Of a stretch of DNA of 64,000 nucleotides, positions 54,088 to 64,000 are shown in pieces (within the stretch, counting starts at the first letter, position 1; each line of letters begins with the position of its first letter). Origin of the DNA: Octopus vulgaris (taxonomy: Eukaryota); NCBI GenBank assembly GCA_951406725.2, contig OX597819.1, positions 23,374,001-23,438,000 on the forward strand, given 5' to 3'. The notes under the pieces were generated by a model that saw only the letters and a list, made by a program, of their open reading frames with translations, was not told the origin of the DNA and did not search any database. The translations under genes and the position numbers were made by a program.

Positions 54088-54879
54088 AGAGACAGCATAT
54101 AATATAATACATGTCAATAAAAATAAACCCAAATTTACTGCACACCAAGTGGCTGCTTATTGCTATATTTTTAAATGGTTAGGCAAGGAACTAGAATTTG
54201 CTCTTTTAATGTTCAGTTTGGAACGGGAAAATGTTATTAATTAGTCAGTCTGCCAAAATCTGTCAACATAAAACCATATCCATTGCAGTTGTTTCTTCAG
54301 ATGCTGCTCTTACAATCCATCTTGGAATCTTGTAGCACATCCTGCTTTCAAGTTCATCTTGGATTTGAGCATAAAGGATACACTTCTTTGAAATAGTACA
54401 AGAATTCGGAAAAATGTGGGTTTTTAAGACGCTAAATAATTTGTCTGGAATAAATGCACAATGACTTACAAGAGACCTCTGAAGTTGCTGGGAAATTCGA
54501 AAACAGATCTCCAGTGGGAGGTATAACAATAGTGTTGTGAGATCCCAAAACAAAATGAAAAGTTGATCAAATTAGGAAATATATTGAATTGTAATTGATT
54601 TGGACCAAAGTCTTGAAATAGTTTACAAACATGAAAGTGAGTCATTTTGGAGTTCAGTTGCATGGCCATTTTGCCAAAAACGTATTACAAGTTTGGGAGG
54701 GAAGATTTTGTTTCATGGTCCAGGCTCCAACTCCAATCGTATAGTCCTTAAAAGCCTACGAATTCATAGTAAAAGTGTTCCTTGATCTGCAACTTTACTA
54801 ACTATAAATGGCTGTGCTTTAAAAATTGCTTGATTGACATCAACTCGCAGCTGATGCAGGAGATTCCAAGAAATAATCA

Positions 54880-55355
54880 TACCGAATAGATGATGTTATG
54901 GATCAGAAAGAAATAGTTCGTTATCCTGCAGATTTTTTAAAATTTTAAAGAACCTTCAAATGTGTAGATCTTAAGGAAAAAACCTATTCCCCAGACTGCT
55001 GCTACGTTATTTAACTCCGCTACAGCTATGCAATGGTTAAGCAGTTTATGTTAGATATCGTAGAGACTGCGAATCTCAATAGTGTGTCAGAAAAGAGGAT
55101 GCAATAACACCTGTAATTCCACTCCTACCAACAGGTATAGCCTTTAAGACTTCAGTTTCCTTCTCACCTATATTTTGCCATGGCAATCAATAAATCCCAA
55201 TGGCAAACAGCTGCTGGAATGCATCATGAAGAATATTGCTTTGCTAATGGCCAATTTTATGGAAGTTACTCAACAGCTGGGAACTCCTATAATCTATTCA
55301 TTTATGCCCAAATTGGTAAAACGAAAATTATTTTATATCCTGAGGTGTTTCATGA
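54880..55355 (+). pseudogene. Helitron RepHel PIF1-like helicase C-terminal remnant
   Basis: VRYPADF..LLRYL..LCNG..IPLLPT..RLQFP..FAMAINKSQWQT..CFANGQFY..GKTKIILYPEV matches the FAMTINKSQGQT / CFxHGQLYVA motifs. Confidence 0.85.
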
Positions 55356-56052
55356 CAATATTCAGAATTATCACGACTATGATGGATACAGCCTAGGGTT
55401 CATCACATCTAATATAATTCAATTTTTTATCACTACATCTTTTGCAGTTTTAATATTCAATATCAGAATGATATTTCCATGAACGGTTTCTATTCATTTT
55501 TCAAATTATTTTTGAGAATTAAAGTATATCAAGAGATAATATATCAAATAATGGTGTGAAATTAAATAAAAGTATTTCCACGTTTATTTAGTTTTGCGTT
55601 TAATTTGTTTCAATATATCAGAAACACAAATTGCGAATATACTTTTAATATTATGAATATATCTGTGAGTGGGTGTAATAGACATTGAACAGCAATAAAC
55701 CTATTAGATTTCAATTTAGTTTGTTTTATTACATGAAAATTATAGTTATATTAAAACGAATAGAACTTCATTACGAACAATTTATTGCTACATTAGATCT
55801 TGGAGAACGCCGAATATTCTTATATTCGTGCTTATGTGTGCGTATGTACCTCTCTCTGTGTGTGTGTGTACTTAGATACGTTTTCTTTTTCTAATCATCT
55901 TCCTTTTATTTTGCCCGCCATTGTTTTTCATTTTTATATTGTTCCTGATGAAGAACTAACATCCGACACGTCAAGTCACCCTTCTTTTAAACTAATACAT
56001 TTGTTTAAAAACTCGTCCCTTCTGCGCTGTCTTTGTGTGCATGTGTGTATGG

Positions 56053-56105
<53 letters not shown>

Positions 56106-56269
56106 TGTGTGTGTGTGTGTGTTTGTGTGTGTATGCTGAATGTCTTATACGACGCATATGCAGGGAAATTGTGATTAGTTCGTTGGAGACCTGTACCAAC
56201 CAACAATACTCTCTACTGATAGCAATATAAAGGAATGAATACAGTTCTATATTTTTTTTTATTTCTTTA

Positions 56270-56715
56270 AGTCCTTGGATCGCCGCCATGCTGGAGCACC
56301 GCCTTGTAGGGCTTAGAAGAACGAATCGACACCAGTACATATATTTTAAGTTGCAGACATGCAATCAAACCAACGCTAGTGGTCAAGTGGTAGTGTAGGA
56401 ACAAACACAGGCACAAAGGCATGCACACACATACATACATACGCGCGCGCGCACTTACACACGTACACACACATATCACGCGCGCGCGCACAGATATGCA
56501 AACACATACAAACGCAAACAAATATACAAACACATACATACACAAACACACACACACACATATGTATATATTTGTGTGTGTGTGTGTGTGTGTGTACGTG
56601 TGTGTACGTACTGGGGCTACAGTGGAAAATATTTGCACAAGGCACCGCCCATTGGGACTGAACCCGAGACCATGTGGTAGTGAATCGAGCTTCTTTACCA
56701 CACAACCATGCCTCT
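56270..56715 (-). mobile_element. Diverged family C SINE
   Basis: family match; another diverged copy at 59694-60105 (+). Confidence 0.7.
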
Positions 56716-57508
56716 GTGTGGGTGTGTGTGTGTGTGTGTATCTGAAAAAATGTCGGCAGAAAAAGAATTAATTTAAACTTACTAGGTGTATTATTGGTCG
56801 ATGAGAATAATGATGATGAGCCAGAAACTTAACTTGGATTTGAGATTAAGATGAAGCTGGGAGCTAAAGATAAAGTCTGTCTAGACAGAAAATATACAAA
56901 TATTTCCAGGATAATCGTGTTTGGTAATCGCCTGCGATCATAGAGAACAAAACAGAATCAACAAGGAAACACCAAGCTCTCAACGAATTAAATCCGTGTG
57001 CATGTTAGAAAAAACAGTTTTCTTCAGCTACCCGTGATGATAAAGCCGACGTTCGGATTAGACTCTGTGTTATGGTTTAAGTGGATGAGAGACGGATACT
57101 AACTAGATAACCCCGAACCCCCACCCTGTTTCTGTCAGTAATATTTTCAGAATATCAAAAGAAGTCCAGCATAATGATGAATTTATATTTATAAAATTTA
57201 AAATTAACAATCCAGTTTGTCATTTCTTCTTCGTTTACACTGAAATTAAGAGTCTAAGAAAGCTTCCATATTTTAAAGAGCTTATTTTATGTGTGCGTGT
57301 GTGTGTGTATGCTTATGTATGTTTGTATGTATGCATGCATGTATATGTTGCTCAATGCAGGCACATGCATGGCTGAGTGATAAGAAACCTGCTTCTCAGC
57401 TACATGGTTCCACGTTCAGTCCCACTGCGTGACACCTTGGGCGACCAAATCCTTGCGAATGGATTTGGTAGTTAGAAACTGAAATGGAAGGACGGTTCGA
57501 TGGAAATT

Positions 57509-57890
57509 GGAAGCACTCCGTCGGTTACGACGATGAGGGTTCCGGTTGATCCGAATCAACGGAACAGCCTGCTCGTGAAATTAACGTGTAAGTGGCTGAG
57601 CACTCCACAGACACGTGTACCCTTAACGTAGTTCTCGGGGATATTCAGCGTGACACAGAGAGTGACAAGGCCGGCCCTTTGAAATACAGGTACAACAGAA
57701 ACAGGAAGTAAGAGTGAGAGAAAGTTGTGGTGAAAGAGTACAGCAGGGACCACCACCATCCCCTGCCGGAGCCTCGTCGAACTTTAGGTGTTTTCGCTCA
57801 ATAAACACTCACAACGCCCGGTCTGGGAATCGAAACCGCGATCCTACGACCGCGAGTCCGCTGCCCTAACCACTGGGCTATTGCGCCTCC
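57509..57890 (-). mobile_element. SINE family R, full length
   Basis: TSD TCGATGGAAATT 57497-57508 / 57891-57902. Confidence 0.92.
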
Positions 57891-58623
57891 TCGATGGAAA
57901 TTAATATACACATAATTTACCATCTTGTGAAAAGTGGTGGGAAGCGCACATTTCTTAATTATGTGGGAGTTATGGGGTTGTGGGAAATGCCATAAACGTT
58001 AGAGCCTGCGATTTTTGTGATATTCTATGTTTTCCGTCGAAATAGTTAGGTCTAATCCATCCTGTGCCGCATTTGTATTTTACGTTTCCCCTGTATATAC
58101 TTCAACGGGTTTCTAAACATTAAGACAGATACTATGTGGAGAGAGGGACAAAGATAAAGAGAGGGAAATGTGTGCTCGGGGTTAAAGAGAGAAATTTGCA
58201 AATTCAATTGCGATACGAAACCTGCAACTTAATTTTAATTTTCCTCGGTTTTCCTCATGATTTTGTAATTGTATACTTATTGAAGCAAATCGATATTAGT
58301 AAAATCTATATATTTCAATAACACCACAAGACCCCTTTGAATGAACAGCACATGGAATTTATGTCTCCACACCATCCACACGTAATAACAAAATATGAAT
58401 TCCTATCCGAAGCTACATACCATGGATAAGAAGCATTTCTATCCAGTCTACAAAGCACTTTCCTTGGATAATGGAACTGCGACTGTAACATCCTACATAT
58501 ATCTTTATTTTTACTTTTATTCACTTACTTCCTTTCACACTTCCTATATCCATCCTTTTCCAAAATAACTCCTTATATTGAACTATACTATTCCCCCCCC
58601 CCCTAGTTAACTCTCTCATATCC

Positions 58624-58670
58624 TCTCTGATGAAGGGATATCCCTAATATCCCAGAAACAGCTGTAAGAC
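58624..58670 (+). ncRNA. Minimal type I hammerhead ribozyme, canonical core, palindromic stem III
   Basis: UCU CUGAUGA A GGGAUA UCCCUAA UAUCCC A GAAA CAGCUG UA AGA. Confidence 0.7.
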
Positions 58671-58896
58671 TACCTTTCTCTTTATAAATGTCCTATAAGT
58701 TCCACACAGCCTTGACTTTGTTGTCTTATTCTATTTAACATATATTTCAATAACCTTAAGCTTGAAATGTTAATTGCAAACGGTGATTAGAGGGATGCAC
58801 TCACGGACCGGGCAGTGCGTTGTGTTTTTTACCAAAACACTTAATTTCATGTTGGCTCAGCTGTAAATGAACAACTTTACGACGGACTGTAATGTG

Positions 58897-59282
58897 TGGA
58901 AGCACTCCGTCGGTTACGACGATGAGGGTTCCGGTTGATCCGAATCAACGGAACAGACTGCTCGTGAAATTAATGTGTAAGTGGCTGAGCACTCCACAGA
59001 CACGTGTACCCTTAACGTAGTTCTCGGGGATATTCAGCGTGACACAGAGAGTGACAAGGCCGGCCCTTTGAAATACAGGTACAACAGAAACAGGAAGTAA
59101 GAGTGAGAGAAAGTTGTGGTGAAAGAGCACAGCAGGGATCACCACCATCCCCTGCCGGAGCCTCGTGGAGCTTTTAGGTGTTTTCGCTCAATAAACACTC
59201 ACAACGCCCGGCCTGGGAATCGAAACCGCGATCCTATGACCGCAAGTACGCTGCTCTAACCACTGGGCCATTGCGCCTCCAC
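58897..59282 (-). mobile_element. SINE family R, full length
   Basis: TSD ACGACGGACTGTAATGTG 58879-58896 / 59283-59300. Confidence 0.92.
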
Positions 59283-62200
59283 ACGACGGACTGTAATGTG
59301 ACACACTACTGAAAGTAGAAATTTGAAAATCCGGTAATGACTTCAAAGGGTAGACCAGGCGTAGTGGTATGGCGCCATTGCAACGCGTTGCAGCATTCAC
59401 CATTTCTTGGTATATTCCCGGGTCCTCGCAGGGTGATCCGTCGAGCGGAGTCCCAGTCAGTCCCCCATCTCTGCTAGATACCGGCTGGGTTGACGGCGGC
59501 TTGTGTTGCTCGACCACATGGCGCGCAGTCGTGGCAAATGGTGGCTCCGAAACAGCAACTAAACTTTAAAAGTTCCGAAATGGCCATTTTCCTCGGCTTT
59601 CCCCAAGACCTGTGAACTTATCCAAACAAGTGGATGTCAGTAAAATTTGTATATTTCAGCAACTGTAAGATTTAAAGTTCGTTACTCAATGATGGTGCAG
59701 GCATAGCTGTGTGATAAGAAACTCGCTTCCCAAGCACATGGTTCCAGGTTCAGTCCCACTGTGTAGCATCTTTGGCATGTGTTTTTGTACTATAGCCTCA
59801 GCCTGACAAAAGCCTTGTGAGTGAATTTGGTAGACGGAGACTGAAAGAAGCCTCTACATAAATATATATTTGTGTGTATGTGTGTGTGTGTCTTTGTCTC
59901 TGTTTTTTGGAATCACCACCACTTAACAACCAATGTTGTGGGTGTTTGCGTCCCCGTAACATAGCTGTTCTAAGAGGCCTAAGAGACTGAGAGAATAAGC
60001 ACCAGGTTTTAAAAAAATAAGCAGTGATGACGTTTCGTTCGTCCAAAATTCTTCAAAGTGGTTGCACCAGCATGGCCGCAGTCTAATGACTGAAACAGAT
60101 AAAAGCTAACAAAGATCTTTACATTTCTAGTCATATGCAATTATAAATATTCCATTATTGTTTCAAAACAATTTAATTCTTTGTTATTACTACATTTATG
60201 TTATGCCGTTGCTACCTAGATTTACAGCCACAATTTTTTTTATTCGTTGCTGATTCATTTTTCTTCTTAATGTTGTATTTTTTCGTTCCATTTTTCTTTT
60301 TTCAAGTTTCACTTTCATTCCTACATAGTCTTCATTTTACTTACAATTTTCATTTTATTTTTCTTGTGCTTAACTATTATACGTTTCCCCTCCAACAACT
60401 CGCTTTACAACCTACACTTCCCCTTCCTTAATGTATGACAATTTCCTCCGTGTCAAAGATCCTGCAATTCTCCATTAGCTATATCGGACAAGTAATGAAC
60501 GATAAAAGCATACCAGACATTCAACATCCATTTTCTAACATCATCACTCAAAGGATTCCCACAACCGGATATTTGTAGGTGAGTTGCACATTTACACCGT
60601 TCATCACTACCGATCTTATTTCCGTCTTATCTAATTCCTTACAGCTCTATCTTCTTCCATTATAAAAAAAAAAATTGTTTTTTTTTATATAATTTTGTTT
60701 GATTTTGTTTTAGATTTTATTTTGATCTGTTAACAAATTACCATTCCTTTTGTTTAATCCACGTGACGTTTTATGGTTCTCGATAATAAAAGCGACTCTA
60801 GTGATTCTAACAACGGCAGTGAGTTCTTATATTAGCATAACCAATTAGCTATAATACAGCATCAATTTACTATTTCGTTTTCATTGGATCCTACAGAGAT
60901 CGATCAAATCTTTTATAACGACCATCGTTATATATACACCCTTATCTTCTTGTTTCCTGGCCCTTATCATGGCACCAAAATATTTATAATATCACACAAA
61001 TACTCTTCACTTTCTATGTGCTATCTGGAGATTATCACACATTGAGCATATTCCATCTACAACCAATTAAATGTATCGTATTTTCACACAAGCACTTTCA
61101 TTGGTTTTTCCCATAGACATTGTATCTCACTAAACCGTGTGATTGAAGTATCCTCCTAAATTCCGCTATAAATTTATTTTAGTTACGGGAGTATGTGCAT
61201 ACGCACACACATACACGAAGAAACACACTCACACACATACAATCATGTAGAGGCACACGTATGATACATATCTAGGTTGAGCGTTTATCTTCTTGACATT
61301 ATCTCATTTAATCTAGTTGTGGTTATTGATAGCTTTAAGTCAATTTTAATTATGTAGAGGTATGAGTTTGATCAAACTATTTCACACATGACCGTCCCAT
61401 ATTTTATGATTTTATCTCTGGCATCCTTTCTATTCCCAAGAGAGTAGTATGTAATTTGAGCGAGAGACAGGTACTAATTCTCGTATATCGAACGATCAAT
61501 TAGAAATCTATTTTAATGTATAGTTACAACATAACAATTTGTGTCAGGATTAAGGCAGATACATTGTTGAAAGCCTGCGAAACTACGGTATTCGTCTCGA
61601 GATATATTATCTTACAGACGAGAACAATCAGTTGGAGACGAAAATCCTCTAGCATCTGTGATCGCGTTGTTGAACACGTATTTCTGCCTCCTTACGCTTC
61701 GTCAGTAGCAAGTTTTCACTGGCAAAGACATGCTAAGACAAATTTCTCAGCTAATGATATCATAAAACTGTGATTGAAAATCACTGTGTTGCAAGTAGCC
61801 GGTAGAATAAGTCTGCAACTAATATTTTTCAATGATTTTTAACACTGTACATCTATAAGAGGTGCTAGCTTCAGAAGAATACTAGTTTATCAGGCTTTCA
61901 GTGATATTTCTGCGTTCAGTATGAGACACTAACTCTTATTATGAACTAATACTGCTTCTGCCTCTACTAACGAATAGATGTAACATAATATTCGCTATAT
62001 ACCTCTTAATGAAAGCTACAATTAATTTACAATAGAGCATGAATTACACATGACATTTTAAAAACATCATTAATTAACATTGCCGCTTTTTCTCGTTTCC
62101 CAAAATTAATTTTCATGCATGGCTTTGCAGTATTTGTTCCACTCTCTCCACGACCGTATCTGATTTCCTTGTTTCAATAGTATAATTAAACTGTATAGAG

Positions 62201-62711
62201 AGATCTCACAGAATCCTGTAGCTATCATTCACAACCAAGGTCTCTGGTTCGTTTTCATGTCACTTTCCCATCTCTTCAAACGCACAGGCTTAGTTTTGGA
62301 GGCATTTAACTTAGTGTTTATTGTGTTTGACTCATGATTCTAAGATTGTGGTTTCGATTCCTGGACCCGGCGATGCGTTGTAATCTTGTGTAAAACGCTT
62401 CATTTCACATTGCCCCAGTTCACTCAGCTGTTAAAAATGAGTAACCCTACCACGGACTGGCGTCCCATTCAGGTGAAGAATTTATAGGCCACAGAAACCG
62501 GGAGACCGGTCCCGGCCCCTATGAGCCGCCATAACTCGAGAAGGAAACTTTACCTCACCTTTCTACAGGTATGTTTAACATTCCAAAGCAGTTTGTTACA
62601 GATACACTCATGCCTGTGTTTATGTCGTATTTTGTGCAAGCCCACTGCACTTACTTAGAAGGTAGTTAATGCTTACGTCCCCTTTTCCTCACATGTTGCG
62701 CTTGCAGTATA

Positions 62712-62891
62712 CGAGGGGGTATTGGTTGGAGGTCCAACCTCTCGAGTTCTTTTACAGGGCTTAGAAAAACTGAAGAACCGCTGCAATAAATGTGTGAATC
62801 TGAGAGGGGAATATTTTGAATAAAATCATAAACTTATTCTCTTGTATTTTCTTTTGCCCAAAGCCAGGAACCTTTCAGCACCCCCTCGCGC

Positions 62892-62944
<53 letters not shown>

Positions 62945-63179
62945 CGTGTGTGTACAGAAATACGTATGGGTACTGAACACTTTCTGGCTTTAAGGATGTT
63001 GCAAAAGGCTTGGTTGGAGGCCCAAACTTTCGAGTTCTTTTACAGGGTTTAGAAAATCTGAAGGACACCTGCAATAAATGTGTGAATCTGAGGGGGGAAT
63101 ATGTTGAATAAAATTCTAATCAACTGATTCTCTTATGTTTTCTTTTGCCCAAAGCCAGGAACCTTTCAGCACCCCTTCG
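62712..63179. mobile_element. Two tandem mariner-derived MITE copies separated by (TG)n
   Basis: 62725-62888 repeated at 63010-63179; ends TACGAGGGG / CCCCTTCGTA. Confidence 0.75.
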
Positions 63180-63299
63180 TAACCGAGTTTTATTAATAAT
63201 TATCTTTATCAAATTCATACTGATGTCTTAAAGACAATTATTTGCATGTCATTAATTAGCGAGTCTTGTTGGTATTTTTCTGACAAAACCATCGTTATT

Positions 63300-63870
63300 C
63301 ACTTCCAGCATTCTTAGTTTGTTGCGTGAATTGGTTATGGAGTTCCTTCTTTTTCCAGCCATTTGCCCTATCTTTCTTCTTTCTATTCCTGAAATTTTTC
63401 ACAATCTCAGTTACCTCTATATTCCTCACAATATACAACGTAGTTTTTCAAATCCAAAATCGCAGTATTAGTTTTTCCTGCATAATATTAAACTTCTATT
63501 TCCTTCCCATTATGGTAAATAGATCTTGTCGATATTATTATGAAAGTGGCGAGCATAATGTATTGAGGGTGACTTTCTTGATTTTTGCCTATTTCTTGTA
63601 GCTCTTTATTCAGTGTAGAAAAAGGGCAGAGTACCTCAACATTGGCAGAGTCCACGTAGTCGTGGTTTTAATGATATAACCAATTATTTTTGTATCAACC
63701 ATCTTTTCAACCCCTTTTTTTTGTACTCTTTAGAGACTTTCTCATTTCCCTTTCCATTACATCACTCCCAGGTACTTCAGTCTCTTCTTCCAATGATCTA
63801 ATGATATCATCTTGTGGTATTTTATCTCATCAGATTTCATCCTTCGAACTCTCATCACGATTCATAAAGC
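63300..63870 (-). mobile_element. Old R4/Dong-type RT C-terminal fragment
   Basis: KYLGVM..TWTLPMLRYSA..ELQEI..IDKIYLP.WEGNRSL..WKKKELHNQF (compare WIKKRTHGQF in ORF 2..385). Confidence 0.7.
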
Positions 63871-64000
63871 ACACTTTTGCTCACCCACTCACACACACAC
63901 ACACACACACACACACAAGAAAAATACCGCATATCAATATCCTAGCTAAATATTCTTACAGCTTGTAAAAGAAAATCCAGGTAGAGGAAGTTTCAGTATT

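Noticed and set aside
54260-54850. Possible decayed LINE coding fragment on the - strand
   Set aside because: No motif strong enough to assign

Overview
AT-rich, microsatellite-dense eukaryotic DNA, essentially intronic or intergenic. The SINE families and repeat landscape point to an octopus or other coleoid cephalopod (inference). No intact host gene is supported; most listed ORFs are translated microsatellites or SINEs. The window is a nested mosaic of three tRNA-derived SINE families, LINE fragments (R4/Dong, Tx1/L1, RTE), DNA-transposon remnants (mariner, maT-like, hAT, Chapaev3-like, Helitron, Crypton-like) and MITEs. The most striking signal is about a dozen minimal type I hammerhead ribozyme (HHR) motifs in Penelope-like or retrozyme-like fold-back elements. 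They include apparent natural U3:A8 and G3:C8 compensatory swaps of the core C3:G8 pair, and two copies of a composite element built as tRNA head + (TAA)n + HHR-bearing tail + 5' inverted tail copy (candidate Penelope-mobilised, ribozyme-carrying SINE). Also notable is a Tx1-type LINE embedded in (GATA)n whose 3' end matches the tail of one SINE subfamily. All alignments and folds were done by eye; coordinates may be off by a few bases.
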